The notes: generated by a model not told the origin, from the letters alone. Shown: positions 46,039-57,619, counted from the stretch's first letter. The stretch: DNA of 64,000 bases from Candidatus Velthaea sp. (GCA_050012475.1 JBEKHC010000006.1:17544-81543), one strand, 5' to 3'. A program made the numbers and translations.

Positions 46039-46791
46039 TCAGCGCCCTTCGGCGCACTCGAGCGACGCGAACAACGCGCGCTCGACGATGTCCGCGGCCG
46101 CCTCGATCGCCGCGTCGCTGAGCCCGTCGCGCTCGAGAATCGAGGCCCGCACGATGCCGTCGTATAAGGCGATCAGCGCCGCCGCCGTCGACGCCGGATC
46201 GGCGACGCGGGCAAACCCGCGGGCATCGATGGCAACGATGTGATCGCGTAGGCGAGTAAACATGCCTTCGCGGCGTTCCTCGCGATACGCCGTGAGCCGG
46301 GCGTCGCTGGCGATGAGCGCGTGCCAGGCGCAGACGCTGGCCCGGCGCTCCCGCGCGTAGCGCAGCTTGTCGACGATCCAGCGGCGCACGCCGCTGCGCG
46401 CCTCGCCGGCCGACGCGACGTCGTCGCGCAGTAAGCGATCCTCGCCGATCCCCCGCGTCTCACGAATGTGCCGCGCAAGCTCTTCGAGCACGTTCGAGCG
46501 ATCGTGGAAATAGCGGTAGAACGTGCCGTGCGCAACGCCCGCCGCGGACACGATCGCGTCGACGGTGAGCGCGGAAGCGTCGCCGGCCGCCAGAAGCGTT
46601 TCGGTGGCCTCGAGCAGCCGTAACCGGGCGTTGGGCCGTGCCGGCCGGGCCTTCGCCGTTTCGCGCTCGCTTGCAACCCGGCCGAGATAGGTCCAGCGGT
46701 TGCGCACCTTCCCGGTCTGCGCATCGCGTTCGCTCTGCACACGGTAACGATATTGTCGGGTGCCGATCGTCTTGACCACTTCGTACGCCAT
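46039..46791 (-). CDS. TetR regulator with additional N-terminal beta-rich domain
   Basis: TVDAIVSAAGVAHGTFYRYF HTH preceded by MAYEVVKTIGTRQYRYRVQSERDAQTGKVRNRWTYLGRV. Confidence 0.85.
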   Translation of the reverse strand: MAYEVVKTIGTRQYRYRVQSERDAQTGKVRNRWTYLGRVASERETAKARPARPNARLRLLEATETLLAAGDASALTVDAIVSAAGVAHGTFYRYFHDRSNVLEELARHIRETRGIGEDRLLRDDVASAGEARSGVRRWIVDKLRYARERRASVCAWHALIASDARLTAYREERREGMFTRLRDHIVAIDARGFARVADPASTAAALIALYDGIVRASILERDGLSDAAIEAAADIVERALFASLECAEGR

Positions 46792-46910
46792 GTGTGGTAA
46801 GATGACTTGGCTGTCATGCCGGTTTTACCTACAAATGCGACACGGCGCGGGCGCGCCGTCAGGCGACCGTCCCTATCGGGTCGACGCGTTCGAATCGGCG
46901 TAGCGCACCG

Positions 46911-48515
46911 TTGAGCGCGTCGATTCCAGCTGTCGGAGTTCGCCGGCGAGACCCCGGACGGTCGGATGCGTCGCCGCTGAGCTCCGCTGGGGGCGCGAAA
47001 GCGAAAGCCGACCCGCCCGTCATCATGATCACCCTGACAACGATGCTCGGGCTGATCATGGCCATCGTCGACACGTCGATCGTCAATGTCGCGCTGTCCA
47101 ACATGGCAGGCACGCTGGGCGCATCGATCGATGAAATCGGCTGGGTCGCCACCGGCTACATCCTCGCCAACGTCGTCATCATGCCGCTCAACGGCTGGCT
47201 TACGGCGCGCTTCGGCCGGCGCAACTATTACGCAGCGTGCATTGCGCTCTTCACGCTCTCGTCATTCTTGTGCGGGACGGCAACCAACGTCTGGCAGCTC
47301 GTCGCATATCGCGTGCTTCAAGGTGTCGGCGGCGGCGCACTCCAGCCGACGGCGCAGGCAATTCTGTTCGAATCGTATCCGCCGGAAAAGCGCAGCGGCG
47401 CGATGGCGATCTTTGGCCTGGGCGCGATGGTCGGTCCGGCGCTCGGACCGGTTCTCGGCGGCGTGATCATCGATAATTTTTCCTGGCCGCTGATCTTCTT
47501 CATCAACATCCCGATCGGGATCGTCGCTTTTCTGATGACGATGCGGTATATCCGCGACCCGGCATACATCGTCCGCGACGATTCGCGCGTCGATTGGTTC
47601 GGGCTGGGGATCATGACCGCCGGGTTAGCGTCCCTGCAATACGTGCTCGAACGCGGTCAGCACGACGACTGGTTCAACTCGTCGACGATCGTGATCATGT
47701 CGATCATCGCCTTCACCGGCATTGTCGGATTCATCGTTCGCGAACTGCGGGTACCCAATCCGCTCGTCGATTTGAGCGTCTTCTTGTCGCGCAGCTTTAC
47801 CGCCGGCAACATCATCGGCATCGTCAGCGGCTTCGGTCTCTACGGGCTCAACTTGGTCATCCCGCTGTTCTTGCAAAACGTGCTGGGCTTCGATGCGACG
47901 ACCACCGGACTCGCGCTCTTACCGGGCGCCTTGGCAACGGCGGTCTCGATGCCGATTGCCGGACGCATGACGAAATTCTTGGATCCGCGCGCCTCGATCG
48001 CGACGGGTTTGGTCATCTTCGCGGCCGGATCGTGGATGCTCGGGTATCTCAATGCCAATGCCGGGATCGGTGACATCTTCTGGCCGCGTGTGCTGCAGGG
48101 CTTCGCGCTGGGTTTCCTTTTCGTGCCGCTCACGACCGCGACGCTGTCCAGCGTTCCCCGCGCGCGCATGTCCAATGCGACGGGAATCTACACCCTCGTC
48201 CGGCAACTCGGCGGCGGGTTCGGCATTGCGATCCTGCAATTGGTGCAGCAGCGCAGCGAGGATGCGCACTACGCCGTGCTGGCCTCCGGCGTTACCGCGG
48301 CAAATCCGGCGGTGTCCGCGCTGCTGCACGGCACGCCCGACGTCGGCGCAAAGCTCGGTCAACTCGCGGGAATCGTGACCCTCAACGCGACGGTGATGTC
48401 GTACAACGATGTCTTCCGCCTCTGCGGGCTCATCTTCGTGCTGTCGATCGCGTCGGTTTTTCTGCTCGGCGGAAGGCCGGCGAAACCGACCGAGCCGACC
48501 CTGATCGCCGAATGA
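46911..48515 (+). CDS. DHA2 (EmrB/QacA) MFS efflux permease; start uncertain
   Basis: MAIVDTSIVNVAL, WVATGYILA, VGPALGPVLGG, WPLIFFINIPIG, LQYVLERGQHDDWF. Confidence 0.9.
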   Translation: MSASIPAVGVRRRDPGRSDASPLSSAGGAKAKADPPVIMITLTTMLGLIMAIVDTSIVNVALSNMAGTLGASIDEIGWVATGYILANVVIMPLNGWLTARFGRRNYYAACIALFTLSSFLCGTATNVWQLVAYRVLQGVGGGALQPTAQAILFESYPPEKRSGAMAIFGLGAMVGPALGPVLGGVIIDNFSWPLIFFINIPIGIVAFLMTMRYIRDPAYIVRDDSRVDWFGLGIMTAGLASLQYVLERGQHDDWFNSSTIVIMSIIAFTGIVGFIVRELRVPNPLVDLSVFLSRSFTAGNIIGIVSGFGLYGLNLVIPLFLQNVLGFDATTTGLALLPGALATAVSMPIAGRMTKFLDPRASIATGLVIFAAGSWMLGYLNANAGIGDIFWPRVLQGFALGFLFVPLTTATLSSVPRARMSNATGIYTLVRQLGGGFGIAILQLVQQRSEDAHYAVLASGVTAANPAVSALLHGTPDVGAKLGQLAGIVTLNATVMSYNDVFRLCGLIFVLSIASVFLLGGRPAKPTEPTLIAE

Positions 48516-48962
48516 TCAGCTGCTCTGCACGCTCGTCGTCGTCACGCTGATCGGCAACGGCACCGCCGCGCCGCCGCTGCCCGTAACGGTGTACGTGCAC
48601 GTGCCCGCCGCCAGCGCCGTGAAGGTAAAGGGTCCCGGCCCTTTCGCGGGTGCGACGGTCACGATCCCCGTGCAGTTCGTCGTGCTCAGCGTAAAGACGC
48701 TCGTGTTGGGCTGCGTCGGAGACACGCTCTGCGTGGGCGTGCCGCTCCCGGCCGCGAGAAATGAAAGCGATGCCGGGGCGAGACTGATCGCCGGGGTGGC
48801 GGTCGGCGCAGCGGTCGCCGTGGGCGACGCCGATGGCGAGCTCGTCGGCGCGGCGGTCGGTGAAATCGCGCCGACCGTGGGGGATGAATTGGACGAGCCG
48901 CCTCCTCCGCAAGCAACGAGAGCAACGGCGGTCACGCCGGCAGCGACGATGAACGAACGCAA
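48516..48962 (-). CDS. Lipoprotein with S/T/P-rich linker and beta-rich C-terminal domain (paralog 1)
   Basis: Lipobox LVAC-GGGG; TTNCTGIVTV..GPFTF..GTCTYTV..SVTTTSV. Confidence 0.75.
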   Translation of the reverse strand: MRSFIVAAGVTAVALVACGGGGSSNSSPTVGAISPTAAPTSSPSASPTATAAPTATPAISLAPASLSFLAAGSGTPTQSVSPTQPNTSVFTLSTTNCTGIVTVAPAKGPGPFTFTALAAGTCTYTVTGSGGAAVPLPISVTTTSVQSS

Positions 48963-49116
48963 ACGAAAGGCCTCACAAAGAGCGCAGGCACACCGATGTG
49001 TGCCCTAAATCACACTCTTATGATGTCCTATGGCGACCATGGCCGACGTGAGCCTTTCGCCCAGTCCCGATGGGAGGTTGTGCCGGGAAGCGGGGTAAGC
49101 GCGGACCCGATTCCGG

Positions 49117-49602
49117 CTATTTGCCGACGACGCTGGTCGTGGTCACGCTGACGCCGATCGTTGCCGCCGCCCCGCCGGTCCCGCTAACGAGATAACTGCA
49201 CGTCCCCGGCGCGAGCGGAGAAAAGGCGAACGGCCCCGCACCGCTCGTCGGGGTGACGCTCACGATCCCGGCGCAGTTCGTCGTCGTGAGGGTGAACGCG
49301 GTGTTGTCGAGCTGAGAAACGCTCACGCTCTGGGCCGCTATCCCGATTCCGACGGCGGTAAATGCGACCGATGCCGGCGAGGCGACCACCGCGGTCGGGC
49401 CGGGCGCCGGCGACGCGCCGCCGATCGGCGACGGGCTGCCGGCTGCGGGCGTTGATCCGCCGCCGCCTCCGCCGCAGGCGGCCAGGGCGAACAATCCCGC
49501 CGCGGCGAGCGGCGGGATCCAGCGGAACGCGATGCCGCGCAAGCGCAGCCGGCGACGGGACGACGCGCGAGAGATTGTCGACGGGATTACGGATGCGAGC
49601 AT
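49117..49602 (-). CDS. Lipoprotein paralog 2; start uncertain
   Basis: Lipobox LAAC-GGGG; TTNCAGIVSV..GPFAF..GTCSYLV..SVTTTSV. Confidence 0.72.
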   Translation of the reverse strand: MLASVIPSTISRASSRRRLRLRGIAFRWIPPLAAAGLFALAACGGGGGGSTPAAGSPSPIGGASPAPGPTAVVASPASVAFTAVGIGIAAQSVSVSQLDNTAFTLTTTNCAGIVSVTPTSGAGPFAFSPLAPGTCSYLVSGTGGAAATIGVSVTTTSVVGK

Positions 49603-49669
49603 GCGCGATCATGATGTCCCAGGACACCCACCTCGCGCGTGGGACTTTCGCTCTCTTCTAAAGGGGCCT

Positions 49670-50941
<1,272 letters not shown>

Positions 50942-50969
50942 GACCGCCCACTTCACCATCGGATTGCTC

Positions 50970-52175
50970 TTACGCTGCGAGCGAGCGCAACTTTTCTTCA
51001 GCGATCCGGCGGGCAACGAGAACGTACGCGATCGCCGACAGCAGCGGCACCGCGCTCACGTCGAGCAGCGCGGCGGTGGGCCCAACCCGGGTCAGCAGAA
51101 AGCCGACCGCCGTCACCGCCGCCGAGCCGATGCCGAACGCCACGCCGTTCATCAATCCCAACGCCATGCCCAGATTGCGCGGCAGCATCGCTTGCGCCAG
51201 CGCGACGCCGGGGGCGTTTTGAACCGAGAGCAGCACGCTCCCGGCCAGCAGCAGCCCGACGGCAAGCCACCCGCTCATCGTCAGCGATAGCGCCAAAAAC
51301 GGAACGGCGGCACAGAGGCTGAGCACGGAGACGGTCACCGGTCCGAAGCGGTCGGAGAGCGCGCCGCCGGCAAACAGCCCAAACGCGGCGAAGACCAGAA
51401 ATCCGGTGACGATCGTGCCGGCCCCGGCAAGCGAAACGCCGCGTGCGGTGAGCAGGTTGGGCAAGTAATAGGCGAACGACGCGGCGACCAAGTAGCGCAG
51501 CGCCGTGCTCGCGATGAGCAAACCGACGCCGACCCGGTCGACGCGACGGCCGCGCGTGCGCGCCGCCGGAGCGTTGCCGGCGTGCATCGAGCGCGCGGTG
51601 CCGTCGATTGCGCGCATGAGCACCGCAATGGCGGTCACCGCGACGAAGCCCGGAACCAGCAGCCACAGCGAACCGCGCGGCCCGTAAGCGCCGAGCAGAA
51701 AACCAACGACCGCCGGGCCGAGACCGTAGCCAACTTGCCCCCCGACCTGATAGATCGAAATCGCCGACGCCTGACGGTTGCCGCCCAGCATCGCCGCGTA
51801 GCGGCCGGCCTCGGGGTGCATGATCGCCGAGCCGAGCCCGCCCGTCACGATGCATGCGGCCAGGATCGGCAACGACGTCGTCGTCGCGGCCAGGGAAACG
51901 GCGACGACGGTCAGGCCGACCGAAGCCGGCAAAAACCACCAGCGGCCGCGACGGTCGCCGTAGGCCCCGAAGAGGGGCTGGACGATCGAACTCGTCAGAT
52001 ACCAGACAAACGCTAACGCGCCTTGATACCACGGCGCGAGTCCCGCGCGCGAAACGTCATAGAAGATCACCAGCGGAACGACGCCCGAGTAAAAATCGCT
52101 CGCACCGTGCGCGAACGAGACCACCGAGATTCCGCTGAGATTCCAACGGCCGGGTACCGCGCTGTTCACCGCCAT
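50970..52175 (-). CDS. MFS transporter (Fsr-like)
   Basis: AHGASDFY, SSIVQPLFG, GSAIMHPEA, GGQVGYGLGP. Confidence 0.85.
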   Translation of the reverse strand: MAVNSAVPGRWNLSGISVVSFAHGASDFYSGVVPLVIFYDVSRAGLAPWYQGALAFVWYLTSSIVQPLFGAYGDRRGRWWFLPASVGLTVVAVSLAATTTSLPILAACIVTGGLGSAIMHPEAGRYAAMLGGNRQASAISIYQVGGQVGYGLGPAVVGFLLGAYGPRGSLWLLVPGFVAVTAIAVLMRAIDGTARSMHAGNAPAARTRGRRVDRVGVGLLIASTALRYLVAASFAYYLPNLLTARGVSLAGAGTIVTGFLVFAAFGLFAGGALSDRFGPVTVSVLSLCAAVPFLALSLTMSGWLAVGLLLAGSVLLSVQNAPGVALAQAMLPRNLGMALGLMNGVAFGIGSAAVTAVGFLLTRVGPTAALLDVSAVPLLSAIAYVLVARRIAEEKLRSLAA

Positions 52176-52232
52176 CGTGACAGTGTACCCCACGCACTCG
52201 ACGTCCGCCATCCGCGGGCGCCGCGGGTTCGG

Positions 52233-53135
52233 TCAAGCCGCGCTGGTCTTGCGCCGCGGTTTCGCTCCGCTCGCGGCCTTCTTCCTGGCCGCGGCGCTTT
52301 TCGACCCGCGTTTGGCTTCGTCGTCTTCGGACACGCTCTCGACGGTCGCGCCGCGCTTGCCCGATGCTTCGAGGCTGCGCTGCAGCACGTCCATGAGATT
52401 GACCACGTTGCTGGGTGCCGGGCGCGCGGGCTCGCCGGCCGGGACTTCTTTGCCCGCCGCGCGCGCTTCGATCATCGCGAGCACATCCTCGCGATACTTG
52501 TCGTGGAATTTCTCGGGCTCGAACTTCTCGGCGCTCATCGTATCGATGAGCATCTTGGCCATCTTGAGTTCGGCCGGCGCGACGTTTTCTTTGAGCGAAG
52601 GAAAATCGAAATCCGCTTGTCCGACGAGTTCGTCGGCGTAGTGCATGAGTTCGAGAACGAGCGCTTCGCCGTTGGGTTTGAGCGCCGCCAGATGTTCGCG
52701 CGAACGGATCACCACGCGCGCGATCCCGACTTTCCCCGACTCGATCAGCGATTCGCGCAGCAGCGCGTACGCGTGGCGGCCTTTCTTCTCGGGCTCGAGA
52801 TAATAGGGCGTATCGAAGAACATCGGGTTGATCTGGTCGAGTTCGACGAACTCGACGATCTCGACCGACTGGGTGGCCTCGACGTTGACCCGTTTGAGAT
52901 CCTCATCGCTTACCACGACGTACTGGCCCTTTTCGTACTCATACCCGCGCACCAAATCGGCGTATTCGACTTTCTCGTCGCACACCGAACAGTGCCGTTC
53001 GTTGTAGATGCGGCCGTCATCGGCTTTGTGCAAGAAGTTGAAGCGCAAGTCGCTGCTGCGAACGGCCGTGAACAGCTTGACGGGAATCGTCACCAAGCCG
53101 AACGAGATAGCGCCGGTCCAAATTGCGTGTGCCAA
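52233..53135 (-). CDS. ku: Ku protein (NHEJ)
   Basis: AIWTGAISFGLVTIPVKL, VRGYEYEKG, FDTPYYLEP, NVVNLMDVLQRSL, basic tail. Confidence 0.95.
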   Translation of the reverse strand: MAHAIWTGAISFGLVTIPVKLFTAVRSSDLRFNFLHKADDGRIYNERHCSVCDEKVEYADLVRGYEYEKGQYVVVSDEDLKRVNVEATQSVEIVEFVELDQINPMFFDTPYYLEPEKKGRHAYALLRESLIESGKVGIARVVIRSREHLAALKPNGEALVLELMHYADELVGQADFDFPSLKENVAPAELKMAKMLIDTMSAEKFEPEKFHDKYREDVLAMIEARAAGKEVPAGEPARPAPSNVVNLMDVLQRSLEASGKRGATVESVSEDDEAKRGSKSAAARKKAASGAKPRRKTSAA

Positions 53136-53446
53136 AGTCGATCTCCACGGGCGAGTCTGCGAGCTTCTTCAAAGCGCCCGGAGGCCGGTGCCGCGGACGT
53201 TCCGACGGCGACGAACCGCCGCTGCGAGCCGCAAAGCGGACTCCAGCGCCGGGCGCGAACGCGGCAAACCTTCGCCGCCTTCGGCTTCTTCCCGTTTGCA
53301 CGGCAACGAAATCGCGTGCGGGACAACTGCCCAATGGGTGCGCGTACGCAACGGGGAACCGCATGCTTGGCATGCGGTCGAGCGATCCCAAACGAGGGGC
53401 GACGCAGCAGCCCGGCCCTAGGCCGCCGCTGCCGAGCCGGCAGAGG

Positions 53447-54400
53447 TCAGTCCCACAGCGAGCGCGCCGTCTCGAGCGGGCCTTCCAAGCGTTGCGGAAC
53501 CCAGCCCTCGCCCGACCACGGGTCGCCGCTTTTCGCGACCAGCGCGGGGACGTTGGCCAGTGTCCAGCGCGCGATCTCGCCGCTCGTGTCGCGCGCGCGC
53601 TTGCGGCGCAACGCTTCGACCTCGTTCCAGCGCAGCGGCATCGACACCGGCGCACCGTCGCGGGCCCGCACGCTGAACGGCGCGACGTACGTTTTCCCCT
53701 TGCCGACCTGAACGTAGTCGAGGTAGACGGTTCCTTTCGGCCGCTTCGCGATCGTGCGCTCGAGCGTCGTGTCGCCGGGCGCCACCGCGTGCACGCGCTG
53801 CGCCAGGAGATGGGCGAAGTTCTTGGCCATTTCGTAGTCGTAGCGCGGCTCGAGCGGGATGACCAGATGCATCCCGCTGCCGCCGGTCGTCTTCACCAGC
53901 GGGTGCAAGCCGATGCTGGCGAGTTCCTCGCGAAAACGCAGCGCGACGCGGGCGAGCGTTGCGATGCCGCACTCGAACGGATCGAGATCGATGAGGATGA
54001 AATCGGGCGTGTCGAGCGTCGGCACGTGCGAATACCACACATGGAGCACGATCGACCCCAGGTTCGCGACGTAGGCCAGCGTCGCTTCGTCGTCGCACAC
54101 GACGAAATCGATGTGGTCGCGGCGCGTCGAGGCGTCGACCGCCACCGTGCGCACCCAGGGCGGCAGCCCGCGCGGCTTGTCTTTCTCCCACCACGTCTCG
54201 CCGTCGATCCCGTCGGGGAACCGCTCGATCGTCAGCGGCCGGTCTTTGAGATACGGCAAGATGTACGGTGCCATCGTACGGTAGTACGCGATCAGATCGC
54301 GCTTGGCATAGTCGTCGCGCGGAAACAAGATCTTGTCGGGATTCGAGAGCACGACACTTTGGCCGCCGATCTCGACGCTGCTCTCGACGCGCCGCGCCAT
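53447..54400 (-). CDS. LigD polymerase (primase-like) domain protein
   Basis: LSNPDKILFP, RPLTIERFPDG, IDLDP, KTTGGSGMH, VAPFSVRAR..VSMPL. Confidence 0.9.
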   Translation of the reverse strand: MARRVESSVEIGGQSVVLSNPDKILFPRDDYAKRDLIAYYRTMAPYILPYLKDRPLTIERFPDGIDGETWWEKDKPRGLPPWVRTVAVDASTRRDHIDFVVCDDEATLAYVANLGSIVLHVWYSHVPTLDTPDFILIDLDPFECGIATLARVALRFREELASIGLHPLVKTTGGSGMHLVIPLEPRYDYEMAKNFAHLLAQRVHAVAPGDTTLERTIAKRPKGTVYLDYVQVGKGKTYVAPFSVRARDGAPVSMPLRWNEVEALRRKRARDTSGEIARWTLANVPALVAKSGDPWSGEGWVPQRLEGPLETARSLWD

Positions 54401-56022
54401 CAGGCCGGAAGCTCGCCTTCGCGCACGACGTCCCGCGCGTCCTTATCGGTGCGCAGCCCGACGAACACGGCTTGACGCAAGATATCGTCGCGCGTCCATT
54501 CGGCAAACTCGATCTCGGCGACGAGCGACGGCGTGACCCAGTGCGCTTTCGTGTTCGTCTTGGGCGCTTGCGCAAACGGTGATTTCTCGGTCTCGAGCGG
54601 GGCGAGCTGTTTGGCGATCGCGCGCAGTTTGGCTTGATCGAAGCCCGTCCCGACGTGGCCTGCATAGACCAGCGACTTGCCGGCATACACGCCCAGCAGC
54701 AGCGCACCGAACGCCGGGCGGCTGCCGCGCGGTTCGGTCCAGCCGCCGACCACGAACTCCTGACGATGCTTGGCCTTGACCTTCACCCACTCGCGCGAAC
54801 GCGCCGAACGGTAGGGCGAGCTTCGCTGTTTGCCGACGATCCCTTCGAGCGCTTCACGAACGGCGAAGTCGTACAGTTGCTTGCCGTTGCCGACGACGTG
54901 CTTGGAGTACATTACGCCGTGGCCGGGCACGATGAGCTTTTCGAGCAGTGCCTTGCGCGTTTCGAGCGGCTCGGACCGCAGATCCCGCCCGTCGGCATAC
55001 AAGCAGTCGAAGACGACGTACGTGACCGTCGTCCTCGAAGGTTTGGCACCGTTCGCGAAGCGCTTGTCGCGCGACTGCAGCGCTTGAAACGACGAGCGCC
55101 CGCGGTCGTCCAGAATGCAGATCTCGCCGTCGACGATGATCGGCAACGACGTGAACGCCGCGCCCACGTCGGCCAGTTCGCCGAACTGCGCGAGCAGATC
55201 GTTGCCGTTGCGCGACGTCAGCGTCACGTTCCCGTCCGGCGCGATGGTTGCGAGCGCGCGGTAGCCGTCCCATTTGAACTCGAACAGCCAGTCCGGATCG
55301 TCGAACGGCGCGTCGATGAGCGTGGCCAGCATCGGCTTCGTCACGACTGGCAGCGGCTCGAGCGTCGCGCGCCGCGTCACCCGCTTCGCACTCGCGGTCG
55401 AAGGCGCGGCCGCGCGATCGCTCTTCCACTGCTTTTCTTTCGCGCGGCCCTGCGCGATCTCGGCCAGCGTCTTGCCGGTCTTCGCGCTTTCGGGATGGGC
55501 GTCGATGCTCCACTTCGGGTCGACGTATTCATCGCGGTCCTTGATGAGCAGCCACGGTTCGCCGCTTTGATCGCGCGCGTGGCGGATCTTCACCAGCGAG
55601 AACATCCCGTGGAGTTTCTTGCCGTTGAGAATGAATTTGATTTTGCCCGCCGCGATCTCGGCCACCGGGTCGTCGCCTTCGGCCAGCGTGTACGTCCCCT
55701 CGTCCCAGACGATGACTTCGCCGGCACCGTAGTTCCCGTCCGGAATGATCCCCTCGAAGGTTCGATAGTCGTACGGATGATCTTCGACGTGCATTGCCAG
55801 GCGGCGGTCGTGGGTGTCCAGCGACGGGCCTTTGGGGACCGCCCACGATGCGAGCACGCCGCCCGCTTCGAGCCGGAAATCATAGTGCAGCCGCGTCGCG
55901 CGGTGCTTCTGAATGACGAAGCGTAATTTGCGCGACGGTGCGCGCGCAGCTCCCTTGGGTTCGGGGGTCGCGGCAAAGTCGCGTTTGCGGACGTATTCTT
56001 TGAGCGGATCTTGCGTGGCCAA
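54400..56022 (-). CDS. ligD: LigD 3'-phosphoesterase + ATP-dependent ligase
   Basis: KRDFAATPEP, QKHRATRLHYDFRLE, SWAVPKG, EDHP; EFKWDGYR, DGEI, FDCLY, EGIVGK, GHVGTGF. Confidence 0.92.
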   Translation of the reverse strand: MATQDPLKEYVRKRDFAATPEPKGAARAPSRKLRFVIQKHRATRLHYDFRLEAGGVLASWAVPKGPSLDTHDRRLAMHVEDHPYDYRTFEGIIPDGNYGAGEVIVWDEGTYTLAEGDDPVAEIAAGKIKFILNGKKLHGMFSLVKIRHARDQSGEPWLLIKDRDEYVDPKWSIDAHPESAKTGKTLAEIAQGRAKEKQWKSDRAAAPSTASAKRVTRRATLEPLPVVTKPMLATLIDAPFDDPDWLFEFKWDGYRALATIAPDGNVTLTSRNGNDLLAQFGELADVGAAFTSLPIIVDGEICILDDRGRSSFQALQSRDKRFANGAKPSRTTVTYVVFDCLYADGRDLRSEPLETRKALLEKLIVPGHGVMYSKHVVGNGKQLYDFAVREALEGIVGKQRSSPYRSARSREWVKVKAKHRQEFVVGGWTEPRGSRPAFGALLLGVYAGKSLVYAGHVGTGFDQAKLRAIAKQLAPLETEKSPFAQAPKTNTKAHWVTPSLVAEIEFAEWTRDDILRQAVFVGLRTDKDARDVVREGELPA

Positions 56023-56318
56023 CGCGTGCTCTCCATGGGGCCTTCGGCGAACCGTGCCGGGACGCCGGGCGCGCTGCCGCACGGCCTTCGCGCGGCTGTT
56101 GTCGTACCCAGCCCGGGTGCGTTCGAGACCTGCCGGATCGCAGGCCCGGCGGTGGGTTCCCGCGCCGGGTGCCCGGCGGCGCCTCGGTCCGGCCGCCAGG
56201 TCGGCGCCGTCCGACCCGATAAGGCGCAGCCATCGACTCGTTATGCGACCCGTAGCCGTTCCGCCGCCGGTTCCCCGTCCGCGCCATGCCGGGCAGCGGC
56301 GCGTGCGCCGAGCACCGT

Positions 56319-56615
56319 ATGCCTGACCCGGCGGCCGCCGTCTACGCGATCCTCGGCATCGTCCTGAGCTGCGGCGGCGGCGGCCTTGCGCTTTGGCGCG
56401 CCCGGGCGCCGCGCTCTTACTATGCCGCCGAAGTGTACCACATGACCCGGCGCTCGCACCGGCGCTTCGCCGCGCTCAGCGCAGTCTTCGCAGCGGGGTT
56501 CGCGGCCGCGCTGCGCTGGCCGGTTCTGAACTTGCCCCTCCTGTCCGCGTACACGCTGCTGCTGGTGCTGTACGCAAGCTCGTTCGCACGCGGATTTTCC
56601 GGCGAGGACGAATGA
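56319..56615 (+). CDS. Hypothetical membrane protein
   Basis: Three hydrophobic segments; YYAAEVYHMTRRSHRRF; acidic end. Confidence 0.6.
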   Translation: MPDPAAAVYAILGIVLSCGGGGLALWRARAPRSYYAAEVYHMTRRSHRRFAALSAVFAAGFAAALRWPVLNLPLLSAYTLLLVLYASSFARGFSGEDE

Positions 56616-56695
56616 GCCAAGCGCGATGCGTTGGACTCAGGCACGCGAGCCGTAATGCCCGAATCGCGCGCAGCCGGCTGCGGAACAATCGATTC

Positions 56696-57151
56696 GTGTC
56701 CATTCGCGTCTTCCGCCGGATCGTCGTCGTCATCAGTGCACTGGTCTGGTTTGCCGGTGCGAGCCTTCCGGCGCAAGCCGCTGTCGCGGCGCCGGCTCGG
56801 TGCGATACCGCGCAGGCCGCCAAATTCCGTGCCGCGGCCGATCGTTACGCTGCGCACGGCCAATACGCCGACGCCGCCGCATGGTACTTGGCCGCGACGC
56901 ACGCGACGAGCGAATGTCGCACCCCCGACGACACGATCGTTCGCGCGACCTCGCTGTTTGCCGCCGGCACGGCACTGGCGCTCAACGGCGACTTCCTGCG
57001 CGGACTGGGCCTGTTGCAAACCGCGCAATCGCAGCTGACCGCGGTGGCCGCGTCCGGCGACCCGATCATGGCTCCCAAGGCCCGCGCCATCCTCGATCTC
57101 ATCGCCAGCGTGATCGGCGAAATCGACACGGTCGCAAGAGGCTCGATGTAG
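56696..57151 (+). CDS. Hypothetical secreted helical protein
   Basis: Signal peptide ending AQA; TPR-like helices; two Cys. Confidence 0.55.
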   Translation: MSIRVFRRIVVVISALVWFAGASLPAQAAVAAPARCDTAQAAKFRAAADRYAAHGQYADAAAWYLAATHATSECRTPDDTIVRATSLFAAGTALALNGDFLRGLGLLQTAQSQLTAVAASGDPIMAPKARAILDLIASVIGEIDTVARGSM

Positions 57152-57176
57152 GACGCCGGCAGGCCGGCCCAAGACG

Positions 57177-57614
57177 TTAGTCGTGCGCTTCGGCGAGGCG
57201 TTCCATGAGCGTGACGGCGATGCGCAGCATATCGCGCTCGCTCGTCGTGAGCGTGTCTGAAATCGCCTTAACAAGCCAGGCCTCCCGGCTGCGGGCACTC
57301 TTGCGCAAAATCTCGATTCCGTTTGGGGTAATGGCGATGATCGATTGCCGGCGATCCGACTCATCGGCGACGCGCTGAATCAATGCGCTGGCTTCCAAGG
57401 TTTGCAGCGCGCGGGTGAGCGACTGAGGCTGCAGCCCTTCCCGCGCGGCCAAGGCGGCTGCCGTCGACGGCCCGTCGCGCACCAGCCGCCCCAGCAGACT
57501 CAGGCCGGTGGACCCAATCCCGGCCGCATCGTCGTGCGCCCGGAGCCGGCGATTGAGCTTTGCCAACGACGCGCGCAGCCGAGCCGCCTCGAAGACGTCG
57601 TCAACGTCATTCAC
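57177..57614 (-). CDS. MarR family regulator
   Basis: LAAREGLQPQSLTRALQTLE..DESDRR..ITPNG. Confidence 0.9.
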   Translation of the reverse strand: MNDVDDVFEAARLRASLAKLNRRLRAHDDAAGIGSTGLSLLGRLVRDGPSTAAALAAREGLQPQSLTRALQTLEASALIQRVADESDRRQSIIAITPNGIEILRKSARSREAWLVKAISDTLTTSERDMLRIAVTLMERLAEAHD

Positions 57615-57619
57615 AATAA

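Noticed and set aside
48963..49116. Riboswitch between the lipoprotein paralogs
   Set aside because: Only one hairpin (GGCACAC..GTGTGCC); no aptamer consensus recognised.
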